NCBI GenBank assembly: GCA_016206505.1
Contig: JACQRJ010000024.1
Location: 1-46,031, forward strand
DNA from: Candidatus Peregrinibacteria bacterium
GTDB taxonomy: Bacteria > Patescibacteriota > Gracilibacteria > UBA1369 > LOWO2-01-FULL-3
Length of the DNA stretch: 46,031 nt
Direction of reading: 5' to 3'
Shown: positions 36,336 through 46,031 of the stretch, one piece after another
Position numbering within the stretch: the stretch's first letter is position 1
How the letters are laid out: each line of letters opens with the position of its first letter
Notes under the pieces: generated by a model
Told to the model about the DNA's origin: nothing
The model's input: only the letters and a program-made list of their open reading frames with translations
Database searches by the model: none
Position numbers and translations under genes: made by a program

Positions 36336-37583
36336 TTAGACAACCTCCAATTTCGGCAATGGAAAAAACAAATGTCCGCCTCCAGCAAGATAATCCTGTT
36401 CTCTTCTCACTATATTATCGCGAAAATGCCAGGGCAAAACCATAAACAAATCCGGATTCATCTTTTTTGCTTCCGCTTCGGAAATAATCGGAATTTTTGA
36501 TCCCGGAGTAAAGCTGCCAAATTTATCTTCATTCACTTCTGCGATATATGGAATATCTTTTTCCGTAATGCCGCAATATTGCAAAATTACATTGCCTTTT
36601 GTTGAAGCGCCATAGCCAAAAATACTCTTTCCCGTCGCTTTTTGTTCCTGAATAAAAGCCAGCAAATCCGCTCGATGTTTTTCAATATTTTTCTGAAATT
36701 CCTGATAAGGCTTTAATATAGAAAGCCCTCTTTCCTCTTCCTGATGCAATATTTGATTCACCAAGTCTTCATTTGCCGGAATCGAAGAAGTATTTTTTGC
36801 AACCATCACTGAAAAACTCCCGCCATTGACCGCATTAAACTCAACATCGACAATTTTCAAACCGACCTTATCCATCATGTATTTGATCTGCTTCAATGCG
36901 TAATACTCCAGATGCTCATGGCAGATTGTGTCATAAGCGTTCATATCAAGCATCGTGGGCATATAGCTCTGTTCAAAAACCCAAACTCCCTCATCGTCCA
37001 GAGCGTCATAAATATTTTGTACAAATTCTATCGGCCGCTCCAGATCATAAAACATTGCAATCGAAGTGATAATCTTTACTTTCGCTCCGGCCAGCCTCTC
37101 GCGCAGACGCTCGCATGGGAAAAAATCCACAATCAAATCTATATGTTCCGGATAATAACGAAAAAATTTCGCTCCGGTCGGATCAACTCCTATAAGATTC
37201 ACCCCATCCTTCGGATATGCCTGAAGCAAAGTACTGTCATTGCTGCCAATATCGATGACAAAATCCCCGCTTTTCAAATCCACCCTTGCGAGAATTTTCC
37301 CCACTTTCGCATGCAGATGCTCCACCATCGACTTGTTCAAGCCTGATCTATAGCCATAGTTCAGCCCATAAAGCTGGTCCAGCGCAAAATCATGCTTCAG
37401 TTGCACAAGACCGCAACCACGGTCAGATCCCTCCTCCGCACATTTGCAAAGCTCAAGCGGCCCGCGGGAAGCAGATGCCCTTTCCTTAGGAAAAATTCCG
37501 GTCAATTCCAAAATTCCCAGATTGACCAGTGGTATCAAATTTTTGTTACCACAAATACGACATTGAGTTATTTCTCTATACAT
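36336..37583 (-). CDS. NDP-hexose C-methyltransferase family (Zn-binding N-terminus + class I SAM domain + C-terminal domain)
   Basis: CRICG, GLVQL, YGYRSGLNKSM, DIGSNDST, DTICHEHLEYY, NGGS, YGASTKGN and LPWHF. Confidence 0.9.
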   Translation of the reverse strand: MYREITQCRICGNKNLIPLVNLGILELTGIFPKERASASRGPLELCKCAEEGSDRGCGLVQLKHDFALDQLYGLNYGYRSGLNKSMVEHLHAKVGKILARVDLKSGDFVIDIGSNDSTLLQAYPKDGVNLIGVDPTGAKFFRYYPEHIDLIVDFFPCERLRERLAGAKVKIITSIAMFYDLERPIEFVQNIYDALDDEGVWVFEQSYMPTMLDMNAYDTICHEHLEYYALKQIKYMMDKVGLKIVDVEFNAVNGGSFSVMVAKNTSSIPANEDLVNQILHQEEERGLSILKPYQEFQKNIEKHRADLLAFIQEQKATGKSIFGYGASTKGNVILQYCGITEKDIPYIAEVNEDKFGSFTPGSKIPIISEAEAKKMNPDLFMVLPWHFRDNIVRREQDYLAGGGHLFFPLPKLEVV

Positions 37584-37656
37584 TGTACGACCAATATGTC
37601 AAAACTGCATGTTGCAGTCAACAACACTTTCCACTATCTTATAGCCCGTAAAAAAT

Positions 37657-38562
37657 ATGATGAAGCAAATCGGATATAAACTTTATAGATTCCTTGCATT
37701 TTATGCCGTCGCGGTCCCCAGCGTATTTGCAATCCTATTCAATAAACGCAAAGAACCGTTCTTTAGTCTCAAATGTCTTTGGCTTTACCTTTTGAAACGT
37801 GATTTTTTCCCTTTTTACAATCAGAAAAGTTTTCGGCATACTTTCAGTTTTCATGCCGACAAGGAATTTCCCTACATACTCCACAAAGGCGACAAATATA
37901 TTTATTCAAACAATTGGTCAAAAGAGCTTATCATCGACAATTTTAACAGCACTTTAAATGAGCAAAATGTCGGCTGTCCGCATCGCTATTTTACTGTTGA
38001 TGAGATCAGGCCGCAATGGGTGATCTATGATGTTGGAGCCGCCGAAGGTTTGCAGGCGAAAGAATGGGCGAAAAAAGCGAAGAAAATCATCATTTTCGAA
38101 CCGGATCAAAAACAATGCGAATCTCTTCGTGAAACTTTCGAAGCCGAAATCAAGCACGATAAAGTCAAAATTGTTCCCGAAGGTATTTCCGATAAATACA
38201 AAGAGCTGAAATATGGCAAACACACAATCATCGTCGATAGTCTGCCAAATCTTGTTAAAAAATACGATTTGCCAAGTCCGCATTATATAAAGGCGGATAT
38301 TGAAGGTGAAGAGATGCACATGCTGCAGGGGGCAAAAGATCTTTTCAGGCATGGACATTTTGAAGCCGCTCAAATTACGACTTATCACCGTCCTCACGAC
38401 GGCAAAAACATATCCGAATTTTTTTCCCAGTTCCCGGGCAAAGGAGAATTTAGCGAAGGAGTTACAATGGTAAATCGGGATGGCCTCCCTACGGTTATTT
38501 TCACTTTTTACCATCCCATTATCAGAAAAGCGCTCTACACCTATAGATTTAATCGTCCATGA
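37657..38562 (+). CDS. FkbM-family methyltransferase-like protein
   Basis: YDVGAAEG, FEPD, IKADIEGEE and TYH. Confidence 0.8.
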   Translation: MMKQIGYKLYRFLAFYAVAVPSVFAILFNKRKEPFFSLKCLWLYLLKRDFFPFYNQKSFRHTFSFHADKEFPYILHKGDKYIYSNNWSKELIIDNFNSTLNEQNVGCPHRYFTVDEIRPQWVIYDVGAAEGLQAKEWAKKAKKIIIFEPDQKQCESLRETFEAEIKHDKVKIVPEGISDKYKELKYGKHTIIVDSLPNLVKKYDLPSPHYIKADIEGEEMHMLQGAKDLFRHGHFEAAQITTYHRPHDGKNISEFFSQFPGKGEFSEGVTMVNRDGLPTVIFTFYHPIIRKALYTYRFNRP

Positions 38563-40001
38563 AGGCCGAAAAAATTATCGCCCTCTTAAATGAGATTGAA
38601 AAAAAGTTCGAAGTGGAGAACTGGATTGTTGATGATATTCATATTTGGCCACTTATCCGTCTGGATTTGATGATGAATTTGCACTTCAATGAATCGCAAA
38701 ATTTGCAGACAAAAATCAATCTGCTTTTCAAAATACGGCAGGTTTTTGGCATGATGAGAGGCTACGTCAAATATCTTTTCAAATTGCTTCTGGATTATAA
38801 AAAAAACGCCCGTTTACAGCAAGCCGATGCCGTTCTCCTCGGCGACGGAATATCCAGAGTTTTATTGAACGGCAAATGGTACGACCGTTTTTGCGATCCG
38901 CTAAGATATACACTCGAAAAAGAGGGCAAAAAAAGCTTAATGATCGAACCGCTGCATAATTATCTCATTCCGCGCTACAGTCCCTCGCTTTTCATCCAGC
39001 CATCCCTGGATTTTTCATTATTAAAAAATGTTCTCTTCTTTCATAAAAATTTCAAAAATATTCAATTAAACGGCTTCAGCGAATTCGTGGAATTTATCAA
39101 AGCCCGAAAATTAAACATCCCCATTCCCGATGAATCAAGATTGAAAACCATTGTTCTCGCCATCAAATCCTACTCCGAATATTACACAAAAATCCTCAAA
39201 ACCATCAACCCCACACAAGGCTTTGTAGTAAGCTATTACGGCCCCAAAGGACTCGCCTTCAATCTGGCATGTTATCGACTGAAAATTCCTTCGGTCGATG
39301 TTCAGCACGGTGTCGCCGGAGAATTCAATCCCGCATACGGACGCTGGAGCAAAGTTCCACAAAACGGCTACGAAACATTGCCATCGCTTTTCTACTGCTG
39401 GACAAAAGAGGATGCACAAGCGATAGAACGCTGGAATACAAAAGTGCAAAAATGGCACAAGCCGATTTTGAAAGGCAACATGCTTGTCGATTTTTGGAAA
39501 AACAATGCCGTAAATGACAAAAGTGCCGCCTCTGATCTTGAAGATAAAAAAGGCACGGCCAATATTTTGCTCACCCTTTCATCCGTAGAAGATCATAACG
39601 TAGTTCTCCTTTCAAAAATCATGAAAGTCATCAAACAATCGGATAAAGACTTACAATGGTGGATCAGATTGCACCCATGTCTGGCTGACAGAAAAAATGA
39701 AATAGAAAAGATATTTCACAAAGAAGACATAAGAAATATCGAAATTGATCAGGCTACAGATCTCCCGCTTTACGCACTTTTGGGACATATGAATCTCCAT
39801 GTCACATACGTTTCAGCTACCGTCACGGAAGCGCGCATGTTTGGCTTGCACTCAATAGTTACAGGCGAAGATGCTTTGCAATATTTTGCCGATGAAATCA
39901 AAACCGGCTGGGCGATTTATGCCACCACGACCGATGAAATTGAGAAAGCGATCAATAAATTTCTTAAACTTCGATATCATTCTTCGCCGACATCAAATTA
40001 A
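38559..40001 (+). CDS. Hypothetical surface-glycan protein, GT-B-like
   Basis: IWPLIR, DVQHG, WWIRLHP and HVTYVSATVTEA resemble capsule/GT-B proteins. Locus context supports this. Confidence 0.55.
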   Translation: MKAEKIIALLNEIEKKFEVENWIVDDIHIWPLIRLDLMMNLHFNESQNLQTKINLLFKIRQVFGMMRGYVKYLFKLLLDYKKNARLQQADAVLLGDGISRVLLNGKWYDRFCDPLRYTLEKEGKKSLMIEPLHNYLIPRYSPSLFIQPSLDFSLLKNVLFFHKNFKNIQLNGFSEFVEFIKARKLNIPIPDESRLKTIVLAIKSYSEYYTKILKTINPTQGFVVSYYGPKGLAFNLACYRLKIPSVDVQHGVAGEFNPAYGRWSKVPQNGYETLPSLFYCWTKEDAQAIERWNTKVQKWHKPILKGNMLVDFWKNNAVNDKSAASDLEDKKGTANILLTLSSVEDHNVVLLSKIMKVIKQSDKDLQWWIRLHPCLADRKNEIEKIFHKEDIRNIEIDQATDLPLYALLGHMNLHVTYVSATVTEARMFGLHSIVTGEDALQYFADEIKTGWAIYATTTDEIEKAINKFLKLRYHSSPTSN

Positions 40002-40653
40002 CGCCTGAAACACCTTTATTTTCACTTAAATTCAATACAAACTCTTCGCTCATATTTTTGTCTTTGAAATGAATATTAAATGTAAATTCAAGAGTATGGC
40101 CGTCTTTGATAGCCTGAACATTGAGCATGGAATGCGATTTGCAATATTTTTTAAACAAAGCTTTAAAAGCTTCGTCATCGCCGATTTTTCCATCAAAAAC
40201 AAATGTAAGAATATATCCATAGCGTCTTATTGAAGCAAAATTCATCTTATAAAAAAGATAGAAAAGCCCAATCATAAAAATCACCCCGATTAAAGCGATT
40301 TTATAACTTCCCGTCCCCACGCCAAGGCCGGCGACCAGCGCCAAAAAGATGTAAACCATATCTTTCACATCCTTTATCGGTGTTCTGAAACGTATAATTG
40401 CAAAAGTTCCCAAAAGTGCAAAAGCGCTCACGATATTATTGCCAATAATCATCATTGCGACTGTGGAAACAACCGGTATCAACGCTATAGAGATAACAAA
40501 AGACTGTGAATAAGAAAAACCTCTATGCGTTTGCTTGTAGAACCATGCCAAAGCGGCGCCAAGCAAAGCGCTTAGCAATATATTAAAAACTATCAATTCA
40601 ACGGAAAAATTTGAATGGGCAACATCCGTCAAGGCTTTCATCAATTCCTGCAT
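39964..40653 (-). CDS. DUF4956-domain membrane protein
   Basis: GFSYSQSF, MMIIGNNI..AFALLGTFAIIRFRTPIKD and GLGVGTG, plus a soluble C-terminal domain. Confidence 0.88.
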   Translation of the reverse strand: MQELMKALTDVAHSNFSVELIVFNILLSALLGAALAWFYKQTHRGFSYSQSFVISIALIPVVSTVAMMIIGNNIVSAFALLGTFAIIRFRTPIKDVKDMVYIFLALVAGLGVGTGSYKIALIGVIFMIGLFYLFYKMNFASIRRYGYILTFVFDGKIGDDEAFKALFKKYCKSHSMLNVQAIKDGHTLEFTFNIHFKDKNMSEEFVLNLSENKGVSGVNLMSAKNDIEV

Positions 40654-40677
40654 ATTTTAAAAGTTAGAAATATAAAA

Positions 40678-41400
40678 CTAAACAAATTGTGGATAAGAGG
40701 CCTCAACGCCTGCGCAATATTTTGAATAAGAATCCGCCTTAAGCCCGTACTTTTGTATAATATCATGCACCCAATTAGGCAAGACGTTATTAAATTTAAC
40801 CTCCATTATGAGCATGTCTTTCAATATCGGACGTGTTTTCTTGGCAAAATCTACATACCCCAAAGAAGTTGCCTGAATGTCATAATCAAATGTGATTCGC
40901 AGCTTATCTTCATTTGTGCCCACCAAAGCACGCCTTTTATAGGCCACGAGTGTATTTGGACGCATATTGAAATATTTTTTTTCAAAAACAAATTCTTCTA
41001 TCACTTCAAGCTCATCATTTGCGAAATGAAACTTCTCAAAATTTCCGGAAATAATCTCGGTAAAATCGCCACTGTCAACTATCAACCTGTCCTTTTTTAC
41101 AACCTGCCCATGTTTTCTTTTAATTTCAAAGAAAAGCCGCTCATCATCATTGCCATAAATTCTGATCCTCAATTTTTTCCTCTTTTCAAAGCCGTCAATC
41201 TTCTCATGATAAGCTCTGAAATCGATACTATCAAAATAAATTGATCTAACTTCATAGTACATTTCGTTATTCTGCAATTGTGCATTTTGATCAAATTTCA
41301 TATGTAGCAATAATGCCGGCACCAGCCTATCGGCGAGTGCCAAAGGAAGCTGATATTTCATTTCAAAACGCTGAAAATGTAATTTCGGATTTTTGTTCAT
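40678..41400 (-). CDS. VTC-domain (polyphosphate polymerase-like, CYTH/TTM fold) protein
   Basis: RFEMKY, VRSIYFD, RKKLRIRIY, FEIKRK, YKRRA, RITFD, MEVKF and SKY. Confidence 0.9.
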   Translation of the reverse strand: MNKNPKLHFQRFEMKYQLPLALADRLVPALLLHMKFDQNAQLQNNEMYYEVRSIYFDSIDFRAYHEKIDGFEKRKKLRIRIYGNDDERLFFEIKRKHGQVVKKDRLIVDSGDFTEIISGNFEKFHFANDELEVIEEFVFEKKYFNMRPNTLVAYKRRALVGTNEDKLRITFDYDIQATSLGYVDFAKKTRPILKDMLIMEVKFNNVLPNWVHDIIQKYGLKADSYSKYCAGVEASYPQFV

Positions 41401-41406
41401 AATATT

Positions 41407-44400
41407 CTATTGCATAGAAAAATGTTTAGGCAAAAAAAGCAGGCCGATCCTTTGATCTGATATATCATCAAGCCAAAAAATGTCTTTTCCAATTTCTTCG
41501 GATACATTGCCGGAATTCCAGACAAAATATCCATCAATATTCGAGTCCAAAATATCAACCTTGCTTAAATCATTATAAATAACGTCAATTGAATCCGAAT
41601 CATCAATATTTCCAAAAAAGACATCATCAATATTATCATCGAAAATAGTTCGCATAACCTTACCGTCAGCCGGACCAAAATGCAGTTTTTTCTGAAATAC
41701 ATTTATGCCAACTTTATTATCCCTTATCACATCATTTGCTATCACGGCATAAGAAAGATCCTTAATTGCCACGCCGATTTTGCATTTTTGAAGCAGATTG
41801 TTGATAATCACCGGCCTGCTCGCCTCTCCCACGCTGATACATTTATCACCCGCGCCATCTATCAGATTATTTCGTATTACGATTTTGCTGCCGGACAAAT
41901 CGATTCCATCGCCGCCATTTTCAAGAAAACGATTATTAGAAATTTTCCCGTCGACAAAATCAAAATCAATCGCATCGGAAGAATTTTTTGAAAAAACAGA
42001 ATTTTTTATTTCGCCGCTTACGTATTTAAAATTCAAAGCATCATCGGCTTTGGCCAGATTAAAGCTCGAATTTTCTACGGAAATATCACCGGCATTATAA
42101 ACATCAAACATTCCGGAAAAAAATATTCCGTTAATATATGCCTCACTGCCGTTTTCAACATTAAAATAATTAAATCGGCTTCCACTCACTTCTTGCCCCG
42201 TCATCGCAAAAACTCCAAAAGGCTCATTTGAATTACTTGAAAAAACACTTATAGGCTGATTTCCATTGCCCAAAGCCATTACTGGAGAATATGAAACAAG
42301 CGAACTGCCCGGAGCAATAGCAATGGAAGTACCGGCTTTTATAAGCAACTTTGTATCATATGGAATAATAATTGTTTCTTGAATTTGCACTTCATCCTTG
42401 AGCACGAGATTACTACCTTCCACTTCAAAAATACCATAGCGCCTTGCCGTTTCTTCGGGACTGAAAAATTTTTCATCCTGAAAAAAGTCTTCACCGTTGC
42501 CGATTACATAAACAATATCTTCACTCGTGCTGAAGGCGCCGGTAACTATATTTTGGACTTCAAACAAAGCTGTCTGAAAACTTGGCACCTTCTGATTGCC
42601 AATGAAATCAACCACAATACGATATTTGGCTGGAATTAAAGACGTTTCCGACCGCTCACTGCTGAAGTCAAAATCGTCGAAAATGGAAGTTAAATTCAAA
42701 GCCGACCCACTGCTTGCAATTCTGATTGATCTTTCTTTGATAAGTTTTCCGGAAAGATCGTAAATTTTTAAATTCAAAAACTGCCCCTTGGGAATGACAT
42801 TATCAAAATTTAAAACAAATTTTGTAAAGCTCAGTTTTGCAAGTGTAATCGGCAAAATCTCAAATTCAATCACACTGCCTTTTCGCAGGATATTTATCCG
42901 GATTTTATTTGAAGATATTTCATATCTGGCCAAATCAATCTGATATGGATAATTTAGGGTGCCGGCATAATAACCGATCAAACTCGATAAGGCTTCCACA
43001 TTATCTGCTGCGAAAGAAGCAGCGTCCGTTATCTCTTCTTGCAGCTTTTGCCATAGCTCAGAATATAAAATTTCCAATCGTTCCTTCCGATCTTCATTTA
43101 TCGGTTCAGGCTTTGGCAAATCCTGACCGCTCTCGAAAATCATTTGATAATTAAAATTACGGCGCAAAAGATCATTGGCAAACTTTTTATAGTCATTCTC
43201 TTTTGGGAAAATATGAATATTGTCTTGCTCCAAAGCTTCTTCCGTAACTGTATTAAAAGCCGCAATTTCATCGATGTCTTTAATGGCAAATGCTCCTTTG
43301 ACAGTCACGGTCACCTCGTTAAAATTTGGGAACATACTGGAAGTCAAGCCAAGTGCCATCGGAAAATCAAAATATTTTGCCAGATCGAGTTCAGAGGTAC
43401 TTTTCTCAAAATTTATATTTTGAGAAATACTGTCTCCTCCCGCATCGATTTTCAAAGCTATAGATGAACCTGCCGCAATAGGTTTTTTAAAGCGAATTAT
43501 CATTTTTTCAACATCCAGAGCCGAAAGTGAAAGTGGATTCAGCTTAATCTGATACCCACCGGATACTTTTGTCATCAGCAACAGAAGATTCCCGCTTCCC
43601 AGCTTGTTTTCAAGCAAATTCAGATTATCGATTACCAGCCTACTGGAGATTCTGGAATTCTCGACTCCTGCATAATTCGCCACGTCCAATTTTTTCAGAC
43701 TCTTATGAAACAAATTCAACATGCTTCCAAGTCCTATGACATTATTTGGATCTTTGATTAATTTATACAAATATCTGTATTTTGCCTGCCTGAAATTCGA
43801 ATCCTGATTTATTTTTGAAAAAAATCTGAATAAATCGCCCACGCCCCCGGTTCTGTTTGCATTGCTTTCAAACAGATCGGTACCATACCGATAAACGATT
43901 TCACCCCCCGGAACGGGATAAATCTTGCCGGTCGATTCACTGTAAATCAAACTTAAATTATCTCCATCAACATCATGAAATGTTAATAATATATCTCTCA
44001 ATGCTTCAAATTTAGCCAGGTATTCAAAATCAAAAAAATCCAGCAATTTTTTTGTGTCAGCATCGGTACGAATAGCTTCTTCCAGTTTATAAAAAACATA
44101 AGCGGCTTTTTGCTTATCAACAAGGCCGTCCTGAATCTCCTGATTACTCATTTCATAGTCAATGAAGGTTCTGTGGCCTGGCACATGGCCTGTTGTTGTA
44201 ATCATCATTCTCAAAAGTGGATCATCAAAAAACTCTCTCTTAACATAAGCAGAATTTGAAAATTCATTATTTTCCAAAGTTTCAGAAGTTTTTGAATCAC
44301 GTAAATAGTAAAGATTGTAATCTCCACCATTTACAGATACCAAAACCAATCTATGTTCGAGCATCATTAAATCAAGCGCCTTACTGAAATAATAATTGAT

Positions 44401-45195
44401 AAGCGCATTGTATTCGCGTTCCGCAAAAAGGATTAATCTAAACTGCTTCTTGCCATCTATGGTTTTGTTATCTTTCAGTTTGATAAAATAAGATTGAAAA
44501 TGACTGTCGGTATCTCCATGTATTCTCAATTTTGCCTTCTGTAAAGGCAAGCCATTATAAGAAAGTTTTATTTTTCTCCAGTCGTTATATTCATATTGCC
44601 TGAATCCCGCTTCAGTGGTTTTTTCCTTAAACAGGTGTATTGCATTCAGATCATTTTGTGACAACTGCAAATCAAATTTATCAAAATCCAAAGTTTCCGA
44701 TTTCAAAGATGTTCCCTCGACCTCAACTGAAGCTTCGATTCTGTCTCCAAACCAGCGCACACCCTCCTGCACCATTTGAAAATTCAGATTATAACGACCT
44801 TTCTGATTTGGAGCTATAAGCAAAAATTTCAATTTAACCTTATCCCCCGCCATAACCATCTTTGGCACTGCTGCGCGATAAAGATAAAAATCAACAGCAT
44901 CCGACTCTGCTCCCAGAAAAAAATTATTGCCCACAAGCCATGGCTTATCGCCGGTATTTTTAAAAGTGAAAGAAACGATCAAAATCTCGCCGCCATTTAG
45001 TTCTTTTGGAATATCCGAATCCACAAACTCCGCATTATAGCCATCCATTGTTGCAGTTTTGATAATCTGCATTGAACCGTCATTTTGCGGATCATTTTGA
45101 AGTGGATCATAAAAAAAACTTGTATATACAAAAATAGCCACTATTCCAACAAATACCATGGTAACAACAAAATAATAAAAACTCTCAAATTTCAT
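41407..45195 (-). CDS. Large membrane-anchored protein: NBR1-Ig-like domain + CotH-kinase-like region + duplicated beta domain + right-handed beta-helix
   Basis: N-terminal TM. FTFKNTGDKPW...APNQKGRYNLNFQMVQEGVRWFG (Ig-like). KLRIHGD..H, VSVNG..NLYY and DNLSLIY (CotH-like). DDALN, SDAIDFDF, GDGIDLSG and DKCISVGE repeats (beta-helix). Confidence 0.7.
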   Translation of the reverse strand: MKFESFYYFVVTMVFVGIVAIFVYTSFFYDPLQNDPQNDGSMQIIKTATMDGYNAEFVDSDIPKELNGGEILIVSFTFKNTGDKPWLVGNNFFLGAESDAVDFYLYRAAVPKMVMAGDKVKLKFLLIAPNQKGRYNLNFQMVQEGVRWFGDRIEASVEVEGTSLKSETLDFDKFDLQLSQNDLNAIHLFKEKTTEAGFRQYEYNDWRKIKLSYNGLPLQKAKLRIHGDTDSHFQSYFIKLKDNKTIDGKKQFRLILFAEREYNALINYYFSKALDLMMLEHRLVLVSVNGGDYNLYYLRDSKTSETLENNEFSNSAYVKREFFDDPLLRMMITTTGHVPGHRTFIDYEMSNQEIQDGLVDKQKAAYVFYKLEEAIRTDADTKKLLDFFDFEYLAKFEALRDILLTFHDVDGDNLSLIYSESTGKIYPVPGGEIVYRYGTDLFESNANRTGGVGDLFRFFSKINQDSNFRQAKYRYLYKLIKDPNNVIGLGSMLNLFHKSLKKLDVANYAGVENSRISSRLVIDNLNLLENKLGSGNLLLLMTKVSGGYQIKLNPLSLSALDVEKMIIRFKKPIAAGSSIALKIDAGGDSISQNINFEKSTSELDLAKYFDFPMALGLTSSMFPNFNEVTVTVKGAFAIKDIDEIAAFNTVTEEALEQDNIHIFPKENDYKKFANDLLRRNFNYQMIFESGQDLPKPEPINEDRKERLEILYSELWQKLQEEITDAASFAADNVEALSSLIGYYAGTLNYPYQIDLARYEISSNKIRINILRKGSVIEFEILPITLAKLSFTKFVLNFDNVIPKGQFLNLKIYDLSGKLIKERSIRIASSGSALNLTSIFDDFDFSSERSETSLIPAKYRIVVDFIGNQKVPSFQTALFEVQNIVTGAFSTSEDIVYVIGNGEDFFQDEKFFSPEETARRYGIFEVEGSNLVLKDEVQIQETIIIPYDTKLLIKAGTSIAIAPGSSLVSYSPVMALGNGNQPISVFSSNSNEPFGVFAMTGQEVSGSRFNYFNVENGSEAYINGIFFSGMFDVYNAGDISVENSSFNLAKADDALNFKYVSGEIKNSVFSKNSSDAIDFDFVDGKISNNRFLENGGDGIDLSGSKIVIRNNLIDGAGDKCISVGEASRPVIINNLLQKCKIGVAIKDLSYAVIANDVIRDNKVGINVFQKKLHFGPADGKVMRTIFDDNIDDVFFGNIDDSDSIDVIYNDLSKVDILDSNIDGYFVWNSGNVSEEIGKDIFWLDDISDQRIGLLFLPKHFSMQ

Positions 45196-45300
45196 AGATG
45201 TCGAAAACGTTTAAGAATTCTTAATCTATCTTCCTATATCATATCCATTGTATAAAATACAAAATTTGATCTTTAGACTGCTAAATGCTACCTTTCGCAC

Positions 45301-46031
45301 ATGCAAAACCGCTCAGACATTCCAGTTATCATATTTTGCGGAGGCAAAGGCACCCGCCTCAAGGAAGAAACCGATTTCAAGCCGAAACCGATGGTAAACG
45401 TCGGTGGAATGCCGATTCTTTGGCATATTATGAAAATTTACTCCACTCTGGGCTTTAACAATTTTATCCTCTGTCTGGGCTACAAAAGCGAATATATCAA
45501 AGATTTCTTCCTTAGGCAGAAGCTGCGTGAAAATGACATCTCTTTGAGCCTCAAAAGCGGCCAAATTGATTACCTCACAAATCATTCGGAGGATTGGAAC
45601 ATTACATTTGCAGAAACCGGAGAGGATGCGCTGACCGGAGAACGCCTGCATAAAGTCGCAAAATACATTACGCACGACCGCTTCATGGTCACTTATGGCG
45701 ATGGCGTGGGAGAAATCGACCTTCATCAACTTCTCGATTTCCATGAAAAACAACGCACAATAGGCACGATTACCGGTGTTCATCCCTATTCCAAATGGGG
45801 ACTTGTTGATACCGATGAAAAGAACCTTATTCAGCTATTTAGACAAAAACCAAAGCTAAACGAATATGTAAATGGCGGGTTTATGGTCTTTGAAAAAGCC
45901 GCCCTGGGGCTTCTAAGAGAAAACACTATTATTGAAGATATGTTCGATAAACTCGTCGCCCAAAAACAGCTTTCACTTTATCGCCATGAGGGTTTTTGGC
46001 ATGCAATGGATACGTATCAGGACGTGGAGAC
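45301..46031 (+). CDS. rfbF: Glucose-1-phosphate cytidylyltransferase (truncated by the window end)
   Basis: Manually translated: MQNRSDIPVIIFCGGKGTRLKEETDFKPKPMVNVGGMPILWHIMKIY...LCLGYK...TGERL...TYGDG...NGGF...GFWHAMDT. It is absent from the ORF track because no stop falls in the window. TGcTACCTT lies 6 nt upstream of the ATG. Confidence 0.9.
   Translation, partial: MQNRSDIPVIIFCGGKGTRLKEETDFKPKPMVNVGGMPILWHIMKIYSTLGFNNFILCLGYKSEYIKDFFLRQKLRENDISLSLKSGQIDYLTNHSEDWNITFAETGEDALTGERLHKVAKYITHDRFMVTYGDGVGEIDLHQLLDFHEKQRTIGTITGVHPYSKWGLVDTDEKNLIQLFRQKPKLNEYVNGGFMVFEKAALGLLRENTIIEDMFDKLVAQKQLSLYRHEGFWHAMDTYQDVE

Noticed and set aside
45211-45224. Perfect palindrome TTAAGAATTCTTAA in a divergent intergenic region
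   Set aside because: It is AT-rich and single-copy, with no regulator in the window, so it cannot be distinguished from chance.
45313-45783. 156-aa minus-strand ORF
   Set aside because: It is an antisense shadow of rfbF on the plus strand.

Overview
This is a bacterial surface-polysaccharide/glycosylation island of about 40 genes in the standard genetic code (TGA is used as a stop). Shine-Dalgarno motifs are scarce and several starts look leaderless, which fits a Patescibacteria/Peregrinibacteria-like genome (inference only). It opens with an RHH/UPF0175 + PIN (DUF3368) toxin-antitoxin-like pair. Next come a ugd + WbpB/WbpD/WbpE-like diamino-uronic acid module, an orphan DUF222-like HNH gene and an LhgO-like oxidase. 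The middle carries nonulosonic (legionaminic-type) acid genes: a NeuA-NeuB fusion, two NeuC, NeuD, a CBS-SDR fusion and two further DegT aminotransferases. There are also two complete amidotransferase/HisH/HisF trios, several methyltransferases and glycosyltransferases, and a Wzx flippase broken by a single in-frame TAA. A CotH-like/VTC/DUF4956 cassette and a truncated rfbF close the window. The most striking unannotated signal is a 122-bp palindromic MITE-like element. With a 4-bp target duplication it adds exactly 126 bp (42 codons). It sits in frame, in the same orientation and reading frame, inside three unrelated protein genes (two full copies and one shortened 92-bp copy), shows compensatory base-pair changes between copies, and has a divergent fourth intergenic copy. 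It resembles Rickettsia palindromic elements.
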